Shown one piece after another: positions 51,527 through 63,739 of a stretch of DNA of 64,000 nucleotides (position 1 is its first letter; every line of letters starts with the position of its first letter). The position numbers and the translations under genes were made by a program. This stretch comes from Lytechinus pictus (taxonomy: Eukaryota), in the NCBI RefSeq assembly GCF_037042905.1, contig NC_087251.1, positions 23,934,001 to 23,998,000 of the forward strand, written 5' to 3'. The notes under the pieces are model-generated. The model searched no databases, was not told where the DNA came from, and saw only the letters and a program-made list of their open reading frames with translations.

Positions 51527-54500
51527 AAGGGTCATATCATAGGATAGGTAATGAAAATATGTGATTATTTAGATTTTGTAAATTAAAGATTTGAGTGAAT
51601 AGAAAAAGACATCATCATGGTCTGTAATTTATGATAGGCCGATAACAAAGCAATGCCATATTTATAGCACTAGTTTGCCCTCTTGTTTTAGTCTTGTTGA
51701 ATTTATTGGCATATCTATCTTATTTCATATCTAAAGATATGAAATAATTTTGCAATTTTATGATCTGACAGAGAGGAAGGGCAAAAGAAATAGGCTCTCA
51801 AGCATTGCCAAAATGTCAAGGGGAAATAATGATTGGTTTGGACATTTGCATTAGTTCTATCGATAGGCCAATTAAAATGAAGGGTACATGTATGCGTGTC
51901 GTCAGGAGCCTGGCATCTGAATCAGTATGCAAACAGTTAATTAAAAACTGCACAGAAATCACTGATGATGTTCAACTACAGGAGAATTTTTTTTGGCTTT
52001 AGTCATTGTGCAGACGTGCATGTTTCATTTCCGTGTAGGCGGTTTAATTTGATAAATTATGCCAGCGAATGAAGTAGCAAAAAAGACCATTGCAGTTACA
52101 TAATGTTTGAAATTTGTTGATACAGTTCTATCCCTGCTCTATCATAGAAAACTAATTTTTTAATAGGATTTTTAAAAATCAAATTTAAAACCAAAGGGTT
52201 GATATTTTGTATAGTCATATAGCATACTGTATGTAATATAGTCTTAAAGAGATAAGCTTTAATTATCAGATGATATAGTAACTGGATCAATTTGTTTAGT
52301 ACACATGATAATATGATATCAAATTGATTTTAGAATGTATGTAAAGTTAATTTCAGAAGTGACAAAACAAAGGTGGGCCATTTATATCAGTATTACCTCA
52401 TATACATGCACTTTGATAATTAAACAGTTTTGGTAAATGTTGCTTATTGATGCTAAAATTTATGCTGATTTTATCAAAATGAATTCTGATCAAATGTACA
52501 TATTTCTAGATATATGAAGGGAATGGATCAACTGTTTAAGGAATGTTCTATTTCACTATATAGCTTTGTGAAGCGTGTTTATTATTTTCCACCTTCATGT
52601 AATACTTTGAAATGGGACGTAGCTCTATATCCTGTGCACAGCAGATCCATTCTGTGTCTCATCGCATCAACATTACATTCAAGACTCGTACACTGCACGG
52701 CTTGCCCCCCAAAGACCTCAAAGCTGCTTGCCTCATAAAAAAGAAAAGGGAAAATCCTTCGTCATACAACATAAACCCGGGCTTCTCCGTCTTGGAAAAG
52801 CAAGAGTGTTGGCCCTGGAAATAGATGTAGATGGATGGAGCGCATCTCTTCCATTGCTTGGCTGGAGGATGAGTTATGTGAGGATGAGGAGAGGGATGCT
52901 AGCAGAGATGCGGAAGATGGTTCTACCAGATGTTCTTCTCCCTCTCCGCAGCCACAATCCCAAAGGTTAATTTCATCACAGCCACACGCCTGCCCTCAAG
53001 AGTCACTGCATTAATGCTAAGAAACCCATTTAGGAATCATCTCTCTGACTAATTGAGGGTCAGCGGGCAGGGTAGGAGGAGGGACTTGTCTTTTAGAATG
53101 CTCTTACCCTCAACATACCTTGATTCAGAATCCTTGGCAACTGCCATTTCCATTTTGATTCCATCAACATATTTGTGTTATTTAGTCACAACCTAATCCT
53201 TCCTAAAAGAAGTATAAGTCTAAAAAATTCAAAGAAGCCTATCCGATGTGAAATAAGGAAGTTATATGTGTTTGGCAGTTTCACAAACAGTTAAGTTGTG
53301 ATTGAATGGAGAGGTCATAGTTCCTATGTTGTGAAATCTATTAAATGAAAATATTTGCAATATCATGTACTGAATATATTTTCAGTTAATATGTTTGTTG
53401 CATTCTTCTTGGTTTATATATCAATTTGGCATTTGAAAAAAAAATCTGATTAAGATTAAGTGGAATAGAAGATGGATGAAGGTTTGAAAAAATCAAAGAG
53501 TGTCTTAAATTTAGTAGGGATAATATCAAAATATGTTACATAGAGAAGATCTGTGAAGGATTTAGTTGCATTAAGCATATACAAATCATCATCTGGGAGG
53601 GAGTTTTATATCTTCGGTAGAAAACAAAGTATTGGATGCCTCTTACTGTTTGTAGGATTCATTTTTAGAACTTCATTAAGAAACAACACTACAGTCAAAG
53701 TGGATGTGAATATATGTATGGCTATACTAACATGGGCCCCCAATTTTTGAATTCTAGAATAAAAACTTATGTAAACTCCTTTAGACTCATGAGGATAAGT
53801 GTACCATGATCTCTTCGTAATTTTTAAAAATCAAATGTTCAGCTCACACTGTGCTGTATGTTTATGGAATGAAACTTAAAAATGTCTTCAAACCTAAAAG
53901 ATATTTAATTATGAACCAACTACCTTTAAACTAAGTTCATCATCATAGCTTATTGAATATTACACAAATTGCTTCTACATAACTATGGGGTGCGTGTAGG
54001 CATGTCCACTTTGTGCAACTGTAAAAAGAAAATCATTGAAAGAATGTTGAAAGCTTCTAACCTGGAAATAGGATGAAAGTGTTTTAACAGGGTGTATTCC
54101 ATCTATCCCATCACTGATCTCTGTGCCATCCCTCCCGTTCACACTTAAAGGAACGCTTAAAAAAATCCTTATGAAGAAAAGTATGAATGGTCTGTCTTTG
54201 TAGAATGAATATTATACTCATATTATTAGGCACAATGGCATCTTATAATGAGAAAAAAGAATTATGCTTCATAATTCTTATGTTTTATGTAGAAATTTTG
54301 TAGAAATTGATTTCAATGGATCTCCTTGCTGGTCTGTTTTTAGTTGCATCCACAATGCTAATCATTAATATACTTTATAGGCTCCAATCAATTTTATTCC
54401 ATTTTGTATACCGGTAAGTTGACTTCAAACCAAAAATGAGATCAATGTTTCATTAGATTTTCATGATTCAAGACTTCTCTGTAGTCTGACATAGGAGATT

Positions 54501-56477
54501 AGCATACCGATTGTACAACAAAGAATGACCAAGCACAGTTGTGTATGGATGGAGTGCGTTGACAGTTTATTACAAGGTCATCACGTGGGTTACATTAGTC
54601 TCAATTTGTTTGACAACTGTCATGAGAGTGCAGGTAAATTGATATGCTCTCGTTCGTCATCACTCTGGGGCTGTGCCCAACTAGATAGGGGGCTAAGAAT
54701 AAAATGGTTTCAAGAAAGGGGCAAGCAAAATATGGTGTGGTACAAGTACAGAGGGTATGAAGTTCTTCATGAAGTCAGTCAAAATCAAATGCACCTCTCT
54801 CTTAATTTGCATGAAAGGCCTGATTTGGGGGAATTTATAGCATGCAATATTTTATTGGCCTGTATATGATTAAAAGAAGGATTAAATAATCTGACAAGTT
54901 GTCAGACCTGACATCTTTCCTTAATTTTGATTGGCTGAGAGACACTGTTTTATGGTAATTGTCAGATAAAACAGGACTTCTGACAAGTCCTTTCATGAAA
55001 TACTCCCCAGTTGTCATCTTTTTCACCTCAACAATAAATTCAGTGGGCAAACAGTTAATGATATTGTCAAAATAGCAAAGATGATACTTGCTCTGCGAAA
55101 GATTTAATACTCTAATTACATTATGGTTTCTTTTGTTGTCTGGATCATTTTTGTAATAGAGGGAAGGAGCTAGATCTAAGATGGCATCCCTCCTTAAATA
55201 TTAGCCTTCTACCTTGCTCATCCTACATACATGATGAAATTGATATGCTTACTTTCTTGTCTCTTAGCCAGGGTCTACCTGTAACATGAGTAAAGCTAAC
55301 TGCTTTCAGTGGTTTGCTATCTCGCTCTGTGCGAGGCCATCCCTACCGCACCTTACACACAGCAGGCTTCAGAGAGAAAATGGGGTGGTAAAAAAAAAAT
55401 CAATACCATCACTGCGGTGAAAAAGCTTGCATTGGGTGGCTCGGTGGCTATTTGCGTGTCATTCTCGTCATTTCTCGCATTGTCCTCGAATGTTAGCTTG
55501 CGCTTCTTTGATGGAATTTCACTTCCTAATAGTTCATCCTCTGAGGTTTGTGACATTTGAAAACGGGTGTCCTTTGGGTTAGCAAACCGTCACTTGAGGT
55601 TTGTCGGTAGAATGAAGTGTGAATGTATTACCTGTGTGTGTAAATATACTCTCGCCTGTCTCTGTGGATTCCTTTGTATGTAAATGTATGTCACCAGTCT
55701 AATAACCCATATTACCCCTGATCTGTGAAAAAATCTTTGCTTTCCTATAGATTAAAAAAACACACACTAATTTAATTGCAATGAAACATTTATGAATTTG
55801 TACATAATGTTATGAAAAGCAAAATTTGACATGTTTTGTGTACTATGACATTCCTCAAGTTGATATTCCATGTTCGTCAATATTACTGAAGTAATGAATA
55901 CTTTATTTGAATTTCAAAAAGTATGCCAAATATCATCATTGGCAATAATGTTAGTTTTGCTATCACAAAATATGTGATATGAATATGACATTATATTTTA
56001 ATGTATGGCATTCACTTTTTTTTTTAGTATTAATGAGAAATTTCTTTGTTTGTGATATTAACCAAATACAGAAGTGGCAATTACTAGTAGAGAACATCTA
56101 AAACTTGTCAAAACTTATATCCCTGCAAAATACTTTACTATTATAAAATGGTTTTAAATACAGGGAGAGAGTAAGATGTCTAAATACCAATACACCAGCA
56201 CAAACACTCCATCTTACATGTTTGCCAGAGTTTAGAATCATTAGTTGCCTCTACTTCTAATCAGTCCTTTGTTCTCTATTGATTGACCTTTGAGTCCTAT
56301 CATTCAAAAATGGAATCTGACACAGTGAATTGACCCTTGATAGAGCCTAGGTATCCAATAGAACAAACCCTCTAGCCGATTAAGGTATTGACACAAGAGT
56401 ATTAAGCAGTGTTGATTGTGATGACAGTTATTGAGTTGTATGTCATGGAAATTCTTGCTTTTTTATTATTTCCATAG

Positions 56478-56559
56478 GATGTACTCCGATGACCGTCGGT
56501 GATCAGAACAGGACTGGGATACAGGTCCATTGATACAACCGGTGAGCCACTGAATGAAG
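56478..56559 (+). other. Candidate internal exon (stops in all three frames, so 5'UTR or lncRNA-like)
   Basis: Pyrimidine tract plus CATAG acceptor; donors CCG|GTGAGC (56541) and AAG|GTAGGC (56559). Confidence 0.45.
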
Positions 56560-56963
56560 GTAGGCAGTGGGAATACCCTCTGGAATGAAACGTTCATTTA
56601 AAGTTTTCTATTCAATTTGACACCCTAGTTTCAGAATGTTTGTCAGTTGTGGGAACCTAGTAGCAGTGGACAGACAAGATATGCCACAATCAAACGATGC
56701 TCTGGGTTATTAGTGAGATAATTGAATAACTCACAAGTGTGAAGGAGTTCATCTACCTGATAGTGTATGGCAAAGTTCTCAATTTTAGTTGATAAGATAC
56801 TACACTGTCATCATTGATTGCTTAAGATCGACCTAGTTCGTTCATAGTAATATTTTTTCCATTATTGATGCCAATTTTTGATTAGTTATGGTTTTGAATA
56901 TAGACCTAAATGGAATATAGTCTGGAGTGAGCAATCATTTGTGAGGGAAAATAATACAAATCT

Positions 56964-57122
56964 AGGGCCTGTTTCATAAAGGACTTGCAATTGCTGTAAC
57001 TTTGCCATTATGGCAACTACCATGGTAACAGGGCTCAGCAGCCAATCATAATCAAGGTTACCATGGTTGTTGCCATAATGGCAAAGTTACAACAGTTGCA
57101 AGTCCTTTATGAAATGGGCCCC
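56964..57122. mobile_element. Foldback MITE (sister copy 61318-61482 in opposite orientation)
   Basis: TTTCATAAAGGACTTGCAA...TTGCAAGTCCTTTATGAAA, with ~65-bp arms. Confidence 0.8.
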
Positions 57123-59275
57123 TCCTATTATAAGAACCAGACTGAAAGTGACGAAATCATCATCAGAATGATAAGATGAATTTCCTGCATATTACTTGTG
57201 AAAAAAAAAGTGAATCAAATTGGAAAAATCATGCATTGTTAACTTGACACAGTGACAGTGTGTCTACGGTGTACAAAAGACCAGCAAACGTTCATGAATA
57301 CAACTTTTCAGATATCAACACACCTTACAAATTACTCAAAACCATTGCTATTTGCTTCCCAGGCTTTCATAATTGATTCCATCAGAAAGAGTTGTCCCAT
57401 CTTGAGGTCACCTATTGATAGTTTGAGAGATCATTCCTTGGCAGAGGGATTCTAAATGGGTTTATACCTAAATAGACCATTGTTGCCTTCCCTGTTATAG
57501 ACCCTCTTGTCACAAATTGAGTTTACACAAGACTGAACAATGCCTTTATATCAAACACAATACCTTCCTCTAGTTATCCAACTGGTGTATGGAATGCATT
57601 TACCAGAAGGTGGTGGTGGGTTGTAACCCCTTCTTTCATCATTTGTATCACTTTCAAGATCAACAGTTTGCTTCATTTTAGGTGTTTTGATAAGGGCAAC
57701 TATTGTTAAAAGGGTCTTTTGTTATTCGGATGAATAGTCTTCCTGTGTCATGTCTTGGTGTATCTTTCAGAAGTTCGTTTACTAATTAGGTGGTAATAAA
57801 TACATCAGTATATTGTAAAAAAAAAGAAATGTGTTTTTAATTCATAGAAAATAATACACTTGAAATGACGAGAAAGAAAATGTGAATTTTAATCAGACAC
57901 ATTTCAAGATATTTTTCTTTCAGAGTGAATAGATTTTTTTCTTTGTAAGAATAAGAATTAGGCAAGAAAAGTACTTTATAAATACAAGATGCAAATCTCT
58001 TGCCTGAATATTTTTATGTTATCAGGGTTCTCATACATGTAGCTTGAAACATGCATCATTCATCTGAGGTTGAGAGCCTATTTTAAGATGTCTTTGCCTC
58101 TTATAAGCCCTCCAATGCACCTGAATTATGGATATATTATGAACTGTTTATTGTGGGCAAATATTGACTATGAAAACATCTGTCTGTACTTGAGTCATGC
58201 ATACATTCATGCAATTCACACTCGAGGGACAAATTGTACCAGGCACTTCAAGAAATGTTCTCACCTCATCATGACCTGGTGTATGCTTGATAAGAAACCT
58301 TAAAGGGAGTGCTTGTCGAGTCTTGGACAACGTTCTCACTACCATAAAAAATTGTTTAGTGGAAACTATTTTAACGCATAATGAGAACGGTCCAAGCGGC
58401 CTTGGAAGTGATCTTCCAAACAAGTTAAAAAACCACCTCTCAATGTAGTTTCCAAGATTGCTTTGCCTCGTTAAACTGGTTTTAGCGTAAGTGAGAACAC
58501 AACAGTTTTTCGGGAAGCGATCTTCGCACATTTTGAGCACACTACACACTCTGTGTAGAATGTCTACGCTGCGGTTTCAAATTTCACGCGAAACATGTCA
58601 CCCCCACTGAGAGCATTCCCGTAGCAACAAGGCCACTTTACGTGAAGTGGTTTTGAAAACCACTTTCGGCTGATCAAATGGGAACACTGGCAAAGCAATC
58701 TTCCAAACTGGTTTCCTGAACCGGTTTCCAGTAAACTGGTTCTAGAAAGTACAATGAGAATGGTGTCTTGGATATCATGAATCTTTCAGTGATCCACTAC
58801 AGTATAGCATGTAGACTTTTTTTTTTGGAAGAGGTTCATCTGATTTCTGAATAGAAAAGTGAAGATGGAATTTCTTCTTGAAATAATTCTTGTCTTGTTA
58901 GTCTTGTCTTGGGTTGTGTGTTTTTTAAAGACAACATGCAGATCTAGTTATAAGATTGTATTATGGAAGAAACTGCTTCAAAAATGATAGTAAAATGTTT
59001 CATCATAATACTCCCAACAAGTGATGCGTACTGTAAGATTTGGAAATAGCCAAAATGATAAGATGTTGACTCAAGGCTCATGAGAGTCACATCCAAAATG
59101 CATTCACACAGAAATGCGTGAAAGGGACTACGCCCATAGCTCTCGTCACAAGCGTGTAAGCTATCATAGGGTCATACATGAACGTTTGAGCCAGCATATC
59201 TGAGAAGGGATCCTTTTTATACTTCCTAAATATGAAAAACTTTCTTTCCGAGAACAGGAGTTACTCTTTTGTTAG

Positions 59276-59331
59276 GTGTATCAAGAGCCTGAGAATGAAT
59301 GTTCTTGTATGAGTTGGTCACAACCTAACAG
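59276..59331 (+). other. Candidate internal exon (56 nt)
   Basis: CTCTTTTGTTAG acceptor and perfect CAG|GTAAGT donor; one open frame VYQEPENECSCMSWSQPN. Confidence 0.4.
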
Positions 59332-59437
59332 GTAAGTATTTTGTCAACAGTTTGCCCATATCAGAGTCTAGTGTAATTAAACTACATGTACTTTCAATAA
59401 AATTGTCAGGAGTATGGTTTCAGTTAATAGTGTGTCC

Positions 59438-59956
59438 CCCGGGGGGGGGGGGGCACTCAGTATATAATGCATAGTGGGTATGTGCCGCGGAGGGGACCCC
59501 CATTTTCACACTCAAATTTCCGTTCCGAGGCATAGCATTTTTGTCTTATTGAGAAAAAGAACAAAGAAAGCCGCTCCAAAGCATAGCATTTTCTTCTTCT
59601 CGAGAAAAAAGAAGAAAAAAAATCCGCTCCAGGGCTTCGCATATTTTCTGTTACGCCGTTCCGGTCGCAATTTAGGTGAAAAGCGGCCGCAGCTCGCTGT
59701 CCGACCATCGCCTCTGCACTAGCGCGCCCGTCAGTCGTGCCGCCGGGCTAGCTGCATGCACGTTCCATAGGGATGCATACGCACTCGCACGCAGGCGACC
59801 CGTTCCAAGGACCCCCGTTTTCACAAACATTTATAGTTCCGAAGCCCGTTCCGAGGACCTTCCTTTTTACAATAAGCCCGCTCCAAGGCCCCCGTTTTTT
59901 GTCTCGCCCGCGGCACACCCCTACCACTTTTTTGGTCGAGTGCCCCCCCCCCCGGG
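59438..59956. mobile_element. TIR element with CCCGGG(G)nCACTC ends
   Basis: Perfect 8-bp TSD GTGTGTCC (59430-59437, 59957-59964); TIR CCCGGG..GCACTC / GAGTGC..CCCGGG. Confidence 0.8.
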
Positions 59957-60367
59957 GTGTGTCCAGCCTTTTTGAACGAGTCTAATAGTGAGTAAGGTTT
60001 ATGCATTTTTTTCCACATATTTTGTCCATAGCCTACTAGTGTGAAAGGTCCAATTAAAATAAGTTTCAGGTTTAGTTTATCCAGCGCCTAGTGTAAATGA
60101 GTCTACTATAAGTTGGCAGGGGATACACCTGTATAGGAGAGAATGCAAGAATCCAGGGGCCATATTGTTTCCTCATTAACCCTGTGAATCGTGATCAACC
60201 AGCATCTCAAAAATTGGGTCATCCCGTCATGGTCAATCAAAGGTGTGCCCATTTCACTTTTCCTTCTTGAGAACAAGACAATTGATGTCAAGTGGTTCAT
60301 GGGTAATCCATAAGCCTTCTTAGAGATCCTTGATTTGTGAGAGAAGAATAGGAAAGAGCTCAGAAAA

Positions 60368-60835
60368 CCGGAGGGGGGGAGTCAAATGTATTGCTGTACA
60401 CATGCGTGACCAAATTATTTCCAAACACCCCCTAAACAAGTTTTTTCTCTGTGTGCAAAATAACCCCATAAACAAGTTTTACGTGGGCTTTATTTACACA
60501 TTTTGGCCGCTAAACAAGTTGTCGCCAGAATATGACCCTGGGGAAAAAGCTTGGGGAAAAAATACCCTAAACACGTTTGGCTAATTGTTAGTCTTAAAAG
60601 AAAAAAAAAGCTTTGGAAAAAAAATATCCTAAATACGTTTGACCCCGCGATTGGCCATTGACCAGTCTTTCAAAACCTCCCTTTCCCTTGAAAATCTGTG
60701 TTTTTTATATCCTTAAAGAGTGCACGCATGGCCCGCGTCCAAAACTGAAAAAACACCCCTCTAAAAACGTGTTTTTTTTTGTCACGCATGTGTGCAGCAA
60801 TATATTTGACTGGCCCCCCTCCCCCCCCCCCCTGG
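60368..60835. mobile_element. TIR element with G-rich ends
   Basis: AGTCAAATGTATTGCTGTACACATGCGTGAC / GTCACGCATGTGTGCAGCAATATATTTGACT; TSD TCAGAAAA / TAAGAAAA. Confidence 0.75.
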
Positions 60836-61317
60836 TAAGAAAATATCAGTTGAAAGGAAGGGAGAGAGATAGATTGAAACCTTTTCAGGATGTCATTATT
60901 TGGCATACCAAAGAAAAGCGAGCACCCAAATGGAGAGCCAACATCTGGAAATAAAAATAGAGGAGGTGAATTGAAATATCCCATATCTTGAAAAGGTGTT
61001 TGAGTCTAAATATCAATGTTGAAACCTACTTAGGACATGACTGCTGCAAAAGATGCAAATGAAGTCCAGCCCAAAGAATGGGTGCTTGGAATGGCCTCAA
61101 ATCCAAGATACACCAAGCTCATGATGTCAGTAAGCATTAAAAAAAATTGAGCCCAATTTCACAAAGCTTAGCGATTGATGTTATGGTCGATCTATATAAT
61201 TGATTGGGCATAAGAATAATTGCAATGATAAAAGTCAGCCATACGATCAATCAATATGGTTCATGTTATATGGCCCAGAGATACAGGTGCAGCCCAGACC
61301 CAGAATCTCAAAACACC

Positions 61318-61482
61318 AGGAGCCAGTTTCATAAAGGACTTGCAACTGTTGTAACTTTGTCATTATGGCAACTACCATGAAAACCTTGATTGTGATTGGC
61401 TGCTAAGCCCTGTTACCATGGTAGTTGCAATTATGGCAAAGTTACAACAGTTGCAAGTCATTTTATATGAAACAGGCCCCTG
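61318..61482. mobile_element. Foldback MITE, same family as 56964-57122
   Basis: Same arms; central loop reverse-complemented. Confidence 0.8.
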
Positions 61483-61561
61483 CAGATGATGTGTAGGCAA
61501 TTCTGATAACAAATTTTGTTTGGTTATACCCAGACATCAAAATCAAGGTATTAACTAATAA

Positions 61562-62101
61562 CAGTCAAACCTGTGTATAATGGCCACTGAAGGGAATTAG
61601 AAAATGTGGCCCATGCTATAGACAGGTGGCCACTATAGACAGGTTGGTGGCTGTCTTGAATTTATGTGTATTGTAGATCTATACTGTGCAATATTTACTG
61701 AACATACAGAATGTGTATTTAATAACTATCTATAATCAATTGACCAAATACTTTAAGTATTTGGTTGATTGGAATAGATACATGAATACATATATAGGCC
61801 TACATGAATGCAATATTATATATAAAAAAATTGAAGTATTAAATCTTACTCTTTTAGAGTTATTAGATTCATACAGCTGCAAGTGCAAAGACTAGCTATT
61901 CAACCACTGTTGGGGAAGCTCATTTTAAGTGGTCACTATAGAGGGTCTGCTATTGTGCAAAATGAGTGGCCACTGGCCGTGTTAGACAGGTGGCCACGAT
62001 AGACGGGGTCTAAAACACATAAATTTCCTGCGGGAATTTTAAGTGGCCGCTTTAAGCAGGTGGCCACTATAGACATGTGGCCACTGAGACAGGTTCAACT
62101 G
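61562..62101. mobile_element. Tc1/mariner-pogo-like MITE
   Basis: CAGTCAAACCTGT / ACAGGTTCAACTG|TA ends; repeated GTGGCCACTATAGACAGG subterminal motifs. Confidence 0.7.
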
Positions 62102-62498
62102 TACATTTGAAAGCAGTGCCATGTTTTTTTCAGATGAGCTTCTAAATATCTTCAAAACAATATTTATTCAAATCACCTTTGCATTGCTATTAGTATGTAT
62201 TTGTTTCTGTGAATGTAACATCAGTCCACAGACAGAACGCGTTATTTAGTATATTCACTTGTCTATTGATTTTTTTTCTGTCCAAGATTTTAAATACCTT
62301 CGGTATATTTATTCCAATATTGAAAAATACAATCCATATTTAATCCACTTGCAAATCTCATTCAATAATGTGTACGTGTAAAGTATAGACCTTTCCATAA
62401 TGATCAGAATATTTGGTAATAGGCAACACTCTCACCCCCCCCCCCCCTTCACTCCCCTCTACATTATCCTTGAATGTGTTTATGTTTAGCTCTAACAG

Positions 62499-62561
62499 GT
62501 TTATGGGTAGGGTGGTCGACCCGAGGCCAACAGACGGTCACTGGGCAGCGTTCCCATTTGG
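62499..62561 (+). other. Candidate internal exon (63 nt) just before the LTR
   Basis: CTCTAACAG acceptor; GC-richer open frame FMGRVVDPRPTDGHWAAFPF; weak donor TGG|GTCAGC. Confidence 0.3.
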
Positions 62562-62573
62562 GTCAGCGTAGTT

Positions 62574-63588
62574 TGTAATGAAATAGGATTAGTTTAGTCT
62601 TGGTATAAGCTCATGGTCAGAAAGTCTATGGAATGTCAGTGTAGGATAGTGTAGATCTGTTTAGACTGAGATATTTTGTTGTGTATAGTTTATTAACTTA
62701 GTCTTGTATGGCAGTAGAATTAGGGGAAACACAAGATGGTCAGTATTTTAGTACAAAAAGAGAACAGGACTTATGACGTGGCATGGAGAGCTGCTACATG
62801 AATGGAACAGTGGAGATACATTTTTTTGCTTTGAAAAGGATTGGACAGAGTTGGATTGGATGTGAAGAGAAAGAGGACACAGTTTGGCAGTTGTGCTGGA
62901 ATATTTAATATTGTGGTGAACCGTATATTGAGCATTTTGAGCAATTTATTCATTTTTATCCTGGAATTTGCCTTAGAAGAAGACATAAAGTTATACACAA
63001 CTTATTTGCCCCTCTGCACCCAAAAACGTTGGTATTGGAGTCAAAACATCTTGATAAACGCTATCCAGCTTGTGAGTATTTTTAAAGCAAATTATTGGAA
63101 ACAAAACCATTTGGAAATCGGAATCAATTAAGACGCTATCCTGATTTATGTTCTTTGATTGTGAACATTCGTTTTGGTCAACACTTAATAAGAGACGCTA
63201 TCCAGAGTATCTTCTTTAATTTTGGATCCCTTGAGATGCTATCCTGATCGATTATTGAGACATTTATTATAGGAGAGATTCCACACTTCCTTAGCTCCCG
63301 TTATATCCATATCATCAGACACTGAGAAACAAACTGCTTCCTTTTATTTTCTTTGGTTCTCATTGTGAATACTGACCGATCTATTTTTTGTTTAATATTA
63401 TTTAATACATTATTTGAGTTTGTTTTCTGATTCTGTCCAAGTCGTAATATTACATTTTTGTTACCTGTATAGCCTTGTATCTTTATAGCCTTGAATATAT
63501 ATATCCCCAGTTATTCTACAAAGCCTGTTTGACTTTGTTTTTGTTTGACTCCTTGACTACAGAAAAGTATGTTAGTTTGAACCTTACA
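62574..63588 (+). mobile_element. 5' LTR of a Ty3/Gypsy LTR retrotransposon (~1015 bp)
   Basis: TGTAA...TTACA inverted termini, followed after 5 nt by a PBS and then a gag ORF. The left boundary is inferred from the TGTAA match. Confidence 0.75.
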
Positions 63589-63593
63589 TAATT

Positions 63594-63613
63594 TGGTGTC
63601 AGAAGTGGGATTC
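63594..63613 (+). promoter_or_regulatory. Primer-binding site complementary to the 3' end of tRNA-Leu
   Basis: TGGTGTCAGAAGTGGGATTC is the reverse complement of GAATCCCACTTCTGACACCA, the 3' end of metazoan tRNA-Leu(CAA). Confidence 0.85.
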
Positions 63614-63739
63614 TAGTCAAGGAATATAATATTTAAGGCTACCCAGTAGTGTTTTTATTGCTATTCTTGATTTAAAACATTATATTACCTATTATCATTT
63701 CCTCCTCCTCCATTTCGTAGACAATTTCTAAACTGTAGG

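Noticed and set aside
56478..56559. Antizyme-like frameshift or selenocysteine readthrough (TCCGATGA, in-frame TGAs)
   Set aside because: No UCC-UGA site, the shifted frame stops within a few codons, no antizyme similarity and no SECIS evidence.
58148..58549. 133-aa minus-strand ORF
   Set aside because: Overlaps an inverted-repeat-rich repeat (~58330-58770) and has no recognisable domain.
59457..60984. Cluster of 65-104-aa ORFs
   Set aside because: Nearly all lie inside two GC-rich MITEs, where stop codons are sparse.
46140..62561. Naming the plus-strand gene LBH or YPEL5 from vertebrate synteny with LCLAT1
   Set aside because: No exon translation resembles either protein.
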